A stretch of DNA of 64,000 nt from a bacterium (lineage in GTDB: Bacteria; SM23-31). Within the stretch, counting starts at the first letter, position 1. Every line of letters begins with the position of its first letter. Below, in pieces: positions 8,877-18,964 of this stretch. The stretch is taken from positions 2,720,001 to 2,784,000 of the forward strand of contig OZ252239.1 in assembly GCA_965249485.1 (NCBI GenBank), read 5' to 3'. The notes beneath the pieces were generated by a model. The model made no database searches, had not been told where the DNA came from, and was given only the letters and a program-made list of their open reading frames with translations. A program made the position numbers and the translations under genes.

Positions 8877-10223
8877 CTATTCATTCCGAGGTTCTAAAAG
8901 ATTATTAACAGGAACAAAGAGCTGCGGGTATAAATCCGTTTTTAATAGAAACATTTGCCCTTTTGTAACATTATAAAAGTATCTTTTATCGTTTTCCTCA
9001 TTACCAATTTGGATATGTTCAATTTCCTCGCCATTGCTGAACATTACATAATCAGCAACAGGAGGAGAAAGACCATATCTTGATTTATTTGCAGCTGGAT
9101 TATCTATAAATCCAATTGCTTTATTAACATAAAACTCATTTAATATATTTTCAAACCGTATTTTATTAGCTCTGCCTCGATCGGGATCAGTCATATACCA
9201 ATTTTCTGTTGAATCCTCTTTAGTAAATATAAATGTAGAATCGATTTTGGTAATATGTACCTCATCCACAATACTCGTATTATAATCAACAATATCTTTA
9301 TCTCTTAGATTAAATAGCCGAGGAGTCAAATAATGTACTGTACTTGAATCAAGTTCTATGACTGGATCTTTCAGGTCAGTTGTCGCATAATAGTTTCCGT
9401 CAATCGGATTACCAAAATATAGAACTCGTGATGAATCACCAGAGGACATCTCTAGCCAGAAATTCGGTTTGTCAAGACCGTATTTACTCAGAGATTGAGG
9501 TGAATCCTCAGTAAAATTCTTGATTTTTTGAAGACTGATCTTGTTAAATGTTTCAATAACACGGGTATTATCAGCATCATAATCGAGCGGTTCTACAATA
9601 TTCCAATCGTTTTTTTCGTCTTTTTTGAGGACTATTCTTTCATTGTTTCTTTGAAACACCAGCTCGATGACATCGTCCCTATCAATGTCAACGATATCTT
9701 TGTTGCGATAATAGAAAAGTTCTTCATTGAGTCGGTTTCTCAGCGACTGGAGAGTAAGATAGACATTGTCATCGCCTGAAATACGGGCATATGCTTTTTC
9801 ACTAATAGCATTTTCATTTCCGACAAAAATTGAATATGTACTGTCATTTTTAAGCGTAATTGTTAGCTGAGAAGCAGCATGGTCAAGATTGTATTTTGCA
9901 TGATCATCCCGAATATCAGATACATGCGTTTCCTTGTCAGAGCGTTTGAAACTGTCAAGCAGGTTGCGCAAATTTGATGCATCCGCTCTGTATTCCACAG
10001 GCTTAATCATGAACCAGACGTCGCCACGTTTTTCAAAATACATAGCAGCATCAGAGCGGTCAATATTCACCTTCACAACATCATCAACTTCAAACACAAT
10101 AAAACGGTTTTTTTCTTCCTCAGCCAGCATCCTCCCTTCTTCACCAAGAATTTCATAGAAGTAGACATATGCTCCTAATGCAAGAAAAGCCAGGCCGATA
10201 AAATACGTGCTCTTAAATTTCAT
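8877..10223 (-). CDS. DUF4340-type membrane-anchored periplasmic protein with three internal repeats
   Basis: N-terminal TM; repeated W..P...AD / YGL..P / (I/F)GN / R.KDIVD units; follows gldG-like gene. Confidence 0.8.
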   Translation of the reverse strand: MKFKSTYFIGLAFLALGAYVYFYEILGEEGRMLAEEEKNRFIVFEVDDVVKVNIDRSDAAMYFEKRGDVWFMIKPVEYRADASNLRNLLDSFKRSDKETHVSDIRDDHAKYNLDHAASQLTITLKNDSTYSIFVGNENAISEKAYARISGDDNVYLTLQSLRNRLNEELFYYRNKDIVDIDRDDVIELVFQRNNERIVLKKDEKNDWNIVEPLDYDADNTRVIETFNKISLQKIKNFTEDSPQSLSKYGLDKPNFWLEMSSGDSSRVLYFGNPIDGNYYATTDLKDPVIELDSSTVHYLTPRLFNLRDKDIVDYNTSIVDEVHITKIDSTFIFTKEDSTENWYMTDPDRGRANKIRFENILNEFYVNKAIGFIDNPAANKSRYGLSPPVADYVMFSNGEEIEHIQIGNEENDKRYFYNVTKGQMFLLKTDLYPQLFVPVNNLLEPRNE

Positions 10224-10252
10224 ATTAAATATTAAAAATCAACACTTCTTAT

Positions 10253-11836
10253 TTACAGTTTTCTTCGTCGAAAGTATACACTTAATCCTGCAAGTAACAC
10301 CAGTCCGGGAATGATAAATACGGTGAGTGCCAGCGAAAATTTCGCTTGCTGAGCAGTCATATTAACCCGCCTGTCTTCAGGATTTTTCGGAGGGATTGCA
10401 ACGAGATCTTCTTCCTCTGCCAACCAATTCACTGTATTGAGAAAAAGAATGCTGTTTGGCGTTTGTATATAGTTATTTGTTGCAAAATCTGAATCACCAA
10501 ACACAACAAGCACACCTCTGTCGCCTGTCAAACCAGGCCCAGGCGCTGAGCCAAGCGATTTCGTTGCAACAGAAGCTATGATGACGGGACCCTCAAGGTC
10601 GACACCATCATCAAACGATACTGCTATACCTTCATCTGGATTTTCTGTGTTCCATTGAAAATTAGATTCTCCCCAACTTTGCGGTGTTGTCTGAGCCAGC
10701 CAATCGACTGTTACGCCTGCTGGGATATTTTCCGATTTCGGCGTTACTGAACGAACAAGTTCAAAAAAAGTATTCATATTAAAATTGGCGGCAATCGGAT
10801 GCGAAGTATTGTAATTTGTCACCAAAGGTACCGAAGCCGGATATCCGAACATCTGTCCGACTCCAGAATAATCAATGATAAGATCACTCCCAACTGTAAT
10901 ACCCCAATTATCAAAAAAATCTTCCATACCCGGATCAGGAGGAGGATCAAGCAAAAACAATACTTTTCCACCATGGTTAATATAAGAATCGATGGAATCA
11001 AGTTCAGCACTAAACAAGTTTGTCTTTGGTCCATTGACTATGAGAACCGAACAGTCAACAGGGATAGACTTCTCCCTTGCAAGATTGAGCCCTTCCACTT
11101 GATAATTCAGTTCGACAATTTTTTCCTTCAAACTGCCAAATCCTTTTTCTTCAAGGCTTTCAATATCGTGTTCCCCATGTCCGGTCATAAAATAAATAAC
11201 CTTACTTCCTTCACGAGTAACCTTAATAAGGGCATTGGTCAGTGTTTGTTCGCTTAAATTCTCAACCCTTTCGGATTTTCCATCAGTTTCTAAAATTAAC
11301 ATTCCATATGTCTGAATCCCATAATTGCTGGCAACTTCAGGACTTTTGTCAGGATCAAAAAATGCAAACTCGAGTTTACCGCTATAATATTGGTATTCGG
11401 AGATTAAATCTTCGACATTTGCTTTATTAGTGGAACGAAAAAACGCTGTAATCTTGATATTGTTTTCAAGGTTCTGAAGCACCTTAATTGTCTGATCAGC
11501 AAGCGTAAATTGCTTGTTTTCTGTTAAATCGACTCTAAGACTATGCTTATTTGACACATAGTTAAGCAACCCAATTATACCGACCATAAAAAGCGATACC
11601 ACAAGCGCATTTCCTATATATTGAGTAGCTCTGCGTTGGAAGAAATTTTTAATTAATTCAAAATTATTAACAGCATTGAAAAGAGTCAACACCAAGCCGG
11701 CCAATAAAACAATAATGGTAGTTGTACTGAAAAAACCATCTGCGTAATATTTAATTAAGCCAGATACCAAAAGAACAATGCCAGTAAATCCGGCAATTTT
11801 AAGGAATAATTTGTTCATACGAATCAAGACCTCCAC
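10253..11836 (-). CDS. GldG-like ABC transporter auxiliary component (start probably ATG 11818)
   Basis: RVDLTENKQFTLADQT, YFMTGHGE, GGKVLFLLDP, VVFGDSDF, NTVNWL, C-terminal TM plus RRRK. Confidence 0.85.
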   Translation of the reverse strand: MEVLIRMNKLFLKIAGFTGIVLLVSGLIKYYADGFFSTTTIIVLLAGLVLTLFNAVNNFELIKNFFQRRATQYIGNALVVSLFMVGIIGLLNYVSNKHSLRVDLTENKQFTLADQTIKVLQNLENNIKITAFFRSTNKANVEDLISEYQYYSGKLEFAFFDPDKSPEVASNYGIQTYGMLILETDGKSERVENLSEQTLTNALIKVTREGSKVIYFMTGHGEHDIESLEEKGFGSLKEKIVELNYQVEGLNLAREKSIPVDCSVLIVNGPKTNLFSAELDSIDSYINHGGKVLFLLDPPPDPGMEDFFDNWGITVGSDLIIDYSGVGQMFGYPASVPLVTNYNTSHPIAANFNMNTFFELVRSVTPKSENIPAGVTVDWLAQTTPQSWGESNFQWNTENPDEGIAVSFDDGVDLEGPVIIASVATKSLGSAPGPGLTGDRGVLVVFGDSDFATNNYIQTPNSILFLNTVNWLAEEEDLVAIPPKNPEDRRVNMTAQQAKFSLALTVFIIPGLVLLAGLSVYFRRRKL

Positions 11837-12609
11837 TTCATAGATTCGAGGGAACGGTATGTTAGAAAAAGGCTTAAAGCTATAATACTCAAGAAATAAA
11901 ATATGTGTTTTGTATCAAAAACACCCTTGGTAAAGTCATCAAAGTGCACTGGTATAGCCACATAATTCAAAATTGCGCTGACAATTGGTTGACTAATAAA
12001 CTGAGCAGGCCAATTGATCACCCACAGAAGAATAAATACACTGAAACTCACTGCAACTGCAATAAGTTGGTTTTCCGTGAATGAGGAAATTAGTAATCCA
12101 ATCCCAACAAACACTGCACCCATCAGCAGGAGTCCAACATACCCAGTTATAATCGGATAAATTTCGGGATTTCCGTACCAGGAAAGAATTAAGAAGTAAA
12201 TTGATGTTGGCAGAAGCATTATTACGTATAATGAAAAACCTGCCAGAAACTTTCCTATCACCAGTTGCATCGTAGTAATAGGAGAAGTAATAAGCAGTTC
12301 AATTGTCATCATCTTTTTTTCTTCCGATAACAACCGCATTGTTATCATTGAAAGCATCAGTAGAATCAAAAAAGCAAAATTTCCAAAAAGCGGCCTGATT
12401 ACCATAGTATTGACATTGATTGGAGGAGGCGCCTGTCGATACATCTGTGCTTCCATCATCGTACGAACAGACACATCGAGAAAAAACGACAAGGATACAT
12501 AAAAAAAGAATCCTGTAACAACAAGAAAACCAGCAATCATTCCGTATGCAATTGGTGACACAAAATACGACCGAAATTCTTTTTGGAATAGAGCCCAGAT
12601 ATTAATCAC
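11824..12609 (-). CDS. GldF-like ABC-2 permease
   Basis: KEFRSYFVSPIAY, TMRLLSEEKK..TIELLITSP, GKFLAG, SSFTENQLIA, HFDDFTKG. Confidence 0.88.
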   Translation of the reverse strand: MINIWALFQKEFRSYFVSPIAYGMIAGFLVVTGFFFYVSLSFFLDVSVRTMMEAQMYRQAPPPINVNTMVIRPLFGNFAFLILLMLSMITMRLLSEEKKMMTIELLITSPITTMQLVIGKFLAGFSLYVIMLLPTSIYFLILSWYGNPEIYPIITGYVGLLLMGAVFVGIGLLISSFTENQLIAVAVSFSVFILLWVINWPAQFISQPIVSAILNYVAIPVHFDDFTKGVFDTKHIFYFLSIIALSLFLTYRSLESMKWRS

Positions 12610-13568
12610 TTTTTCTCCTCAATATTAGCAAATGCATTTCCAGAGGTATATTGCATGAATATTTCTTCAAGTGTCATGCTCAATGATCGAAGTTCGTACA
12701 AATCCCATTTATTATCAACAACAATGCGTGCAAGATCCTTCCTAACATCTTGCTGCACATCGCTCTCAACGACAAAGCTGTTGCGCCCATTATGTTCCTT
12801 TTGAACCACTTCAACACTCATAACTCCCTTGACATTCCGCAAAGCTTGGTCAACATCATCTACCGGGCCCGCAACTTCAATTTGCAATTTCTCTTTACCC
12901 TTAATATTCTGAGTAAGGTCTTCTTCTGTGCCCTGTGCAACGATCCTGCCCTCGTTGATAATTACAATCCGATCGCAAACCAATTTTACTTCGGGAAGAA
13001 TATGAGTACTCAAAATAATTGTGTGATCACCTGCAAGGGCTTGAATTAATTCACGAAATTCTATGATTTGTTTCGGATCAAGACCGGATGTAGGTTCATC
13101 AAGAATCAAAATCGGCGGATTGTGTACAAGTGCCTGCGCCAATCCAACACGCTGACGGTATCCCTTTGATAATTTGCCGCATATTCTTTGACGAACATGA
13201 GTAATGTTTACCCGCTCCATGGCTTGCTCTATACTCTTTTTGACTTCCCGGCCAGGTACGCCTTTAATTCGTGCTACGAACTCCAAATACGACTGAACCG
13301 TCATCTCAGGATATATCGGAGGATTTTCAGGCATGTACCCAATATTGCGACGCACATCCAAAGACTGTTCAATAACGTCATAACCTGCAACCGTAACCGA
13401 CCCCTCATTGGGAAGAAGATAGCATGTTATAATCCGCATTGTAGTTGTTTTACCCGCAGCATTCGGTCCGAGAAATCCAAGTATTTCTCCTTTATTCACT
13501 TCGAAAGAAACATTATGGAGGATTTGCTTGTCACTAAATTGTTTGGAGACGTTCTCGACACTAATCAT
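12606..13568 (-). CDS. GldA-like ABC transporter ATP-binding protein
   Basis: Walker A GPNAAGKTT, signature LSKGYRQR, Walker B ILILDEPT, STH. Confidence 0.92.
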   Translation of the reverse strand: MISVENVSKQFSDKQILHNVSFEVNKGEILGFLGPNAAGKTTTMRIITCYLLPNEGSVTVAGYDVIEQSLDVRRNIGYMPENPPIYPEMTVQSYLEFVARIKGVPGREVKKSIEQAMERVNITHVRQRICGKLSKGYRQRVGLAQALVHNPPILILDEPTSGLDPKQIIEFRELIQALAGDHTIILSTHILPEVKLVCDRIVIINEGRIVAQGTEEDLTQNIKGKEKLQIEVAGPVDDVDQALRNVKGVMSVEVVQKEHNGRNSFVVESDVQQDVRKDLARIVVDNKWDLYELRSLSMTLEEIFMQYTSGNAFANIEEKK

Positions 13569-13588
13569 TGTTGCTTAAAACTCCGGAT

Positions 13589-13855
13589 TTATCTGATATT
13601 GAGCTCTGATTTTATTGTACGAAAACGTTCAGTATCTGTTTTCATCAGATAATTTAACAACCGTTTTCTCTTACCGACCATTTGCAACAAACCTCTTCTG
13701 GAGTGATTATCTTTAGGATGAGTTTTAAAGTGTTGAATTAAATGGTTAATCCTATGGGATAAAATTGCAACCTGTACTTCAGTAGAACCGGAATCATTAT
13801 CCGATTTGCCAAAATTCTTTATGATTTCCGGCACCTGTTCTTTCATGTATTCCAT
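13589..13855 (-). CDS. rpsO: 30S ribosomal protein S15
   Basis: DSGSTEVQVAILS..I..L..H...HPKDNHSRRGLLQMVGKRKRLLNYL. Confidence 0.97.
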   Translation of the reverse strand: MEYMKEQVPEIIKNFGKSDNDSGSTEVQVAILSHRINHLIQHFKTHPKDNHSRRGLLQMVGKRKRLLNYLMKTDTERFRTIKSELNIR

Positions 13856-13907
13856 ATAATTTCCTCTACACTAAACCTTGAAATAGTTAAACATATTATA
13901 GCTATTA

Positions 13908-14855
13908 TTATACAATACTTTCGTGAATATACGAACGTGCAATGTCAACATCCTTTTGAATTTGTTGTTTCAACAACTCAGGAGAGTCAAATTTCTTTTC
14001 ATTTCTTATTTTTTTTAAAAATTCTACAGAAATCTGTGCATTGTAAATATCTTCGTCGAAATCAAGAATATGAACTTCTAGTTTAGTTGATTTTCCATTA
14101 AATGTCGGACCTAGTCCAACATTCATTGCTCCTTGAAATTTCTTACCGTTTAAATCGACGGATACCACATAGACACCGTGCGGGGGAAGACACTTTTTTT
14201 CATCATCAATTTTTATATTTGCCGTTGGATAATTCAGTTTACGCCCAACACCATCACCTTGAATAACCGTTCCGGATATCGAATATGATCTCCCCAAACT
14301 GCCACGAGCAGACTCCATTTTCCCATCCAAAATAAACTTGCGAATCTGAGTACTGGCAATTATACCTGATTGATTCGAAATGGATTCCTGAACTATAAAA
14401 TCAAAATTCAGTTTCTCACTTTCACTTTTCAGAAAATCCCTATCTCCCGCTCTATCTTTTCCAAAGCCGTGATCAAAACCTATGATAAGCGTTTGAAAGC
14501 CAATAGTCTGAAAGAGAATTTGTTCGATAAATTCATCGGGCAGTATCTTAGAAAACGCTTCTGTAAATGGAATAATGATAAGACGATCGACATCATGCTG
14601 CTCAATGAGGTTTACTTTTTCATCAACAGTGGTGAGAAGCCCTATCGGTGCGTTTGCTTTTTTGCGCACTACGTAGCGCGGATGCGGCTCAAAGGTTACT
14701 ACTGTTGATGGCGCGCTCTTTTCTTTTGCAACGGTAACAACTTTATCGATGATCGTTTGATGCGCTCTATGAATCCCATCAAACGTCCCTATCGTTATAA
14801 CACTATCTGATTGACGTTGACAGTCTTCTAAACTTCTGATAACTTCCATAATCAA
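13908..14855 (-). CDS. ribF: Bifunctional riboflavin kinase/FAD synthetase
   Basis: IGTFDGIHRAH, TFEPHP, GFDHGFG, YPTAN, LEVHILDF. Confidence 0.95.
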   Translation of the reverse strand: MIMEVIRSLEDCQRQSDSVITIGTFDGIHRAHQTIIDKVVTVAKEKSAPSTVVTFEPHPRYVVRKKANAPIGLLTTVDEKVNLIEQHDVDRLIIIPFTEAFSKILPDEFIEQILFQTIGFQTLIIGFDHGFGKDRAGDRDFLKSESEKLNFDFIVQESISNQSGIIASTQIRKFILDGKMESARGSLGRSYSISGTVIQGDGVGRKLNYPTANIKIDDEKKCLPPHGVYVVSVDLNGKKFQGAMNVGLGPTFNGKSTKLEVHILDFDEDIYNAQISVEFLKKIRNEKKFDSPELLKQQIQKDVDIARSYIHESIV

Positions 14856-15523
14856 TTTTGCACTATTTTCGCCACATGATCCGGCAACTGATTCCAGGTA
14901 ACTGCGTCATCAATAATGTAAGATCCCACTTTAGTTCTCGTCAATCCACACAAAACACCACCACAGCCAAGTTTTTTACCAAGATCATGAGCGATACTTC
15001 TTATATATGTCCCCTTGGAACAAGAAATCTTAACAATTGCCACACCGTTCTTATACGATTCCAGAACTATATCGTGCACATGAACAGTTCGCGGTTCCGG
15101 TGTAACAGGCTCCCCTCTTCTCGCATAAACATAATAAGGTCGGCCTTTATATTTCAGAGCAGAATATACTGGGGGCACCTGCACAATCTCACCTCGGAAA
15201 TCCTGTAATGCAGTTAGGATGACAGCGCTGTCAATTTTCTGTAGCGGGTATTCTGCAATTACTTTACCCGCACTGTCATATGAATCTGTCTCGTATCCGA
15301 ACTGAATAGTTCCGATATATTCTTTACTAAGCCCCATTAATGATTCAACTTGTTTCGTTGCACGCCCAATAACAACAATCAGTACTCCGGAAGCTGAAGG
15401 GTCAAGAGTACCTGCATGACCGACTTTACGGATTTTGCTCAATTTTCTGACATAGGAAACAACAGCAAAAGAGCTTTTCCCAACAGGCTTATCAACATTA
15501 ACTACACACCCGAAATCACTCAT
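14852..15523 (-). CDS. truB: tRNA pseudouridine(55) synthase (short form)
   Basis: KVGHAGTLDP, QVPPVYSALK, CSKGTYIRSIAHDLG. Confidence 0.95.
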   Translation of the reverse strand: MSDFGCVVNVDKPVGKSSFAVVSYVRKLSKIRKVGHAGTLDPSASGVLIVVIGRATKQVESLMGLSKEYIGTIQFGYETDSYDSAGKVIAEYPLQKIDSAVILTALQDFRGEIVQVPPVYSALKYKGRPYYVYARRGEPVTPEPRTVHVHDIVLESYKNGVAIVKISCSKGTYIRSIAHDLGKKLGCGGVLCGLTRTKVGSYIIDDAVTWNQLPDHVAKIVQN

Positions 15524-15894
15524 TCCTCTTTATGCTCGCTGTCGTCAGGTTCAGTATTTATTTGTGACAAGAGATCGTTGATCCGAAACGCATTATCAAG
15601 CGAAGTGTCCACTTCAATCGATAACATCGGATTATAGCGCAGATTTATTCCCTTGCCCAATTTCCTTCGGATATTTTTCAATTCCTTTTTCAGAATATGA
15701 AGCGATTTTCGTTTTGCAGGTTCAGGCCCATAAAAACTGACAAATATTTTTGCGTATTTTGCATCATCTGACAACTCTGCCCGCATTATAGTCGCCATAC
15801 CGGGCAGCATTCCTGATACATCTCTTTGTATAATTAAACTGAGATTTGTTTTAATAAGCTCTTCTAATCGCAACTTCCTCTTGAAATCCATCAT
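15520..15894 (-). CDS. rbfA: Ribosome-binding factor A
   Basis: LSDDAKYAKIFVS, LRYNP.L...D.S; position between infB and truB. Confidence 0.9.
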   Translation of the reverse strand: MMDFKRKLRLEELIKTNLSLIIQRDVSGMLPGMATIMRAELSDDAKYAKIFVSFYGPEPAKRKSLHILKKELKNIRRKLGKGINLRYNPMLSIEVDTSLDNAFRINDLLSQINTEPDDSEHKEE

Positions 15895-16175
15895 TACACC
15901 AAGCGCATATTCCAGAGCGTGATATTCACCCTTATCTCACGCTCAATAAACATCTCAAGCTTTGCAGAAATCGAATCTAGTTGTGCCTGATCTGTTGTAA
16001 CAACACCAACACCTAAACCAGCACGTTGCCATTTGTCGTGATAATTGACTTCGGATATAGATACATTAAACGAATTTCTGATTTTCTGAATCAAACTTTT
16101 AAGAATTGATCGTTTTTCCTTTAGTGAACGAACCTGGGGCAAATATAGCTCAAGAGAAATAATTCCGACAACCAT
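15894..16175 (-). CDS. DUF503 (YlxP) family protein
   Basis: MVVG...L.LP..RSLKEKRS..KS...IR..FNVSISEV...DKWQRA; conserved position after infB. Confidence 0.9.
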   Translation of the reverse strand: MVVGIISLELYLPQVRSLKEKRSILKSLIQKIRNSFNVSISEVNYHDKWQRAGLGVGVVTTDQAQLDSISAKLEMFIEREIRVNITLWNMRLV

Positions 16176-16187
16176 AGAAAAATTTGT

Positions 16188-18959
16188 TTACTGTAAAACC
16201 CTTTTCACTTCAACATTTTTATACGATTCTAAAAAATCACCAACTTTGATATCATTAAAATTTTCGAGCCCTATTCCACATTCAAATCCGCTCGCAACTT
16301 CTTTTACATCATCCTTAAATCTACGCAGGGAGTCTATTGTGCCATCATAAATTTCTATATCATCACGAACAAGTCGGATTTTACTATTTCTCAACACCTT
16401 ACCCGATACAACATAACAGCCCGCTATCACACCTGCTTTTGGTACGCGGAATGTATCTCTTACTTCTATTGTGGATTCTATTTCTTCTTTAATATGAGGC
16501 TCAAGCATACCCTCAAGAGCAGCTCTTACATCTTCAATCAAATCGTATATCACATCATAAAGCTGAATATCAACTTTTTCGGCCGCAGCAAGAATCCTGG
16601 CTTTAAGATTGGGCCTGACATGAAAACCTATAATGATACCACCAGATGCGGTAGCAAGCAGAACATCAGCTTCATTTATTGCACCGATGCTTTTATGGAT
16701 AAATTTAACATCGACTTCATCGTTGCTCAATTTTAATAGTGAATCCTCAATTGCCTCTATTGATCCGTCTGTATCACCTTTTAAGACAATTTTCAGATCC
16801 TTAATCTTTCCAAGCTTCACTTGCTCAGATATATCATATAGACTTTTCACTTGAACTCTTCTAACGTCATGTTCACGCTTCAATTGCTGCCGTTTTAAAC
16901 TCAGTATTTTCGCTTCTTTATCGGAGTCCATTCCAGTCACAACATCACCAGCCTGAGGCATTCCGGAAAAACCAATGACCTGGATTGGAGTGGATGATGG
17001 TGCACTCTTAACTTTGACACCACGCTCATTAAACATAGCTTTTACTCTGCCATAGTGCTGGCCGCTCACAAAATAGTCTCCAACTTTTAGTGTTCCGTTT
17101 TTAACGAGAATCGCACACACTGTTCCCCTGCCTTTTTCAACTCTTGATTCAATGACAAATCCTCTTATCCTTCCATTCTGATTCGCTTTCAATTCGAGAA
17201 GTTCCGCCTGTAACAGAATAGTCTCCAGAAGTTCATCAATACCCTGCCCTGTTTTCGCAGAAACATCAACCGAAGGATATTTGCCACCCCAGCTCTCAAC
17301 AAGAACATTTTGTTCTGAAAGCTGCTGCTTAATCTGTTCAACATTGGCCTCAGGTTTATCAACCTTGTTGATAGCAACAATAATCGGCACTTCAGCAGCC
17401 TGGGCATGGTTCAACGCTTCCAGCGTCTGTGGCATAACATTGTCATCTGCCGCAACAATCAAAACTACAATATCGGTTACTTGCGCACCACGAGCACGCA
17501 TAGCGGTGAAGGCCTCGTGGCCGGGTGTATCAAGAAATGTAATGTTTTTCCCCTGAATCTCAACTTCATAAGCACCGATATGCTGAGTAATCCCCCCTTT
17601 TTCTCCAGCAACAACATTTGACTGCCTGATATAATCAAGAAGAGAAGTTTTTCCATGATCGACATGACCCATAATCGTCACAACAGGAGGACACTCTTCG
17701 AGATTTTCCTCATCGATCTCATCTTCCTCAAATCCAAACTCTTCATACTCACTGATCTCATTTACTTCAAAACCAAACTCATCAGAGACCGTTGTGATTG
17801 TGTCCATATCGAGTCGCTGATTAATAGATACAATTAAGCCGAGTTCGAGACACTTCTTTATAACCTCATTTGTTTCGACCTCCATCAATTTGGCAAGCTC
17901 AGCAACTGATAGATATTCAGTAACATCTATGATGCTCTCATCTTCAAATTCCTCGTCACTGTCTTGTGCTTTTTTCTTATACTTTTTAAGTTTCTGCGAC
18001 TCATCCATCTTTGCCATTGTTTCCTTGATGGAGGCATCTATTTCACGAGAATCTATCCTCTTTTTACGGACACGCTTCCGCTTTTTCCCTCTTTTATCAT
18101 CACTATCAGTTGCTTCCGAATCGGTCTTTAATGTTACATGCTTCTTTTCCTTTATTTTTTCAGCAAGACCAAGGCCTTTTTTTGACAACTTACGTGATTT
18201 TTTGGAATCGTCTACAACTACTTTCTTTTTCCTTCTAGGCTTTTCAACCGGCAATTCAATCGTATCAACTTGCTCACCAATTTTCGGAACATATTCTTTC
18301 TCAGGCTCAGGTTCTGTTTCATCTTCTGCTACGGGCGCTTCGGCAGAAATCTCCTTAACATCTTTTTCAGCAACTTGCTCCGATTCATCAGGCTTCACTT
18401 CTTGAACTTCTACATCAGAATCACTGACTTCTTCTTCAGTTATTTCTTTCACTACTCCTTCAATAACTTCAGGCAGAGGTTTTTTAATTGCCATCTTGAG
18501 TTCAACCGCATCCTTCTTTTCAGTTTTTGTCTTTTTCGTCGTCGCCTTTACTTCTTCCACAGAAGCAGCTTCATCCGCAACTTTACCATCGTCAGCAGCA
18601 GCTTTCAACTTATCCGCATCAGCCGACTTCTTCAAAGAGGCCAAAGCCTCAAGTATAGCTGGTTTTTTTGCTTCTTTTGGCTGTTTAACATCGGCGTCAA
18701 CAGTATCCACTGCCGCCTGTCCATCAACGCCTTCAGCATCACCCCGCATCTGAGCCCGTTTAATTCGCAATGACACTTTACGCTCGGCAATCGTCTTTTC
18801 AGCGCTGAAATGATCCATGATTTTTGAATACATTTCATCGTCAATCGGACTATTAACATTGCTCACCTTATAACCAGAGTCATGCAAATACTCGATCAGT
18901 GTATCTGACGCAATATTCAGCTCTTTCGCTAATTTGAATATGCGGATTTTACTTCCCAA
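16188..18959 (-). CDS. infB: Translation initiation factor IF-2 (TTG start)
   Basis: MGHVDHGKTSLLD, GGITQHIGAY, DTPGHEAF, NKVDK, GFECG. Confidence 0.98.
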   Translation of the reverse strand: MGSKIRIFKLAKELNIASDTLIEYLHDSGYKVSNVNSPIDDEMYSKIMDHFSAEKTIAERKVSLRIKRAQMRGDAEGVDGQAAVDTVDADVKQPKEAKKPAILEALASLKKSADADKLKAAADDGKVADEAASVEEVKATTKKTKTEKKDAVELKMAIKKPLPEVIEGVVKEITEEEVSDSDVEVQEVKPDESEQVAEKDVKEISAEAPVAEDETEPEPEKEYVPKIGEQVDTIELPVEKPRRKKKVVVDDSKKSRKLSKKGLGLAEKIKEKKHVTLKTDSEATDSDDKRGKKRKRVRKKRIDSREIDASIKETMAKMDESQKLKKYKKKAQDSDEEFEDESIIDVTEYLSVAELAKLMEVETNEVIKKCLELGLIVSINQRLDMDTITTVSDEFGFEVNEISEYEEFGFEEDEIDEENLEECPPVVTIMGHVDHGKTSLLDYIRQSNVVAGEKGGITQHIGAYEVEIQGKNITFLDTPGHEAFTAMRARGAQVTDIVVLIVAADDNVMPQTLEALNHAQAAEVPIIVAINKVDKPEANVEQIKQQLSEQNVLVESWGGKYPSVDVSAKTGQGIDELLETILLQAELLELKANQNGRIRGFVIESRVEKGRGTVCAILVKNGTLKVGDYFVSGQHYGRVKAMFNERGVKVKSAPSSTPIQVIGFSGMPQAGDVVTGMDSDKEAKILSLKRQQLKREHDVRRVQVKSLYDISEQVKLGKIKDLKIVLKGDTDGSIEAIEDSLLKLSNDEVDVKFIHKSIGAINEADVLLATASGGIIIGFHVRPNLKARILAAAEKVDIQLYDVIYDLIEDVRAALEGMLEPHIKEEIESTIEVRDTFRVPKAGVIAGCYVVSGKVLRNSKIRLVRDDIEIYDGTIDSLRRFKDDVKEVASGFECGIGLENFNDIKVGDFLESYKNVEVKRVLQ

Positions 18960-18964
18960 AGCCT

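Noticed and set aside
8877..13568. Evidence of gliding motility from gldA/F/G-like genes
   Set aside because: These ABC components occur in many non-gliding bacteria, and no motor or T9SS genes are in the window.
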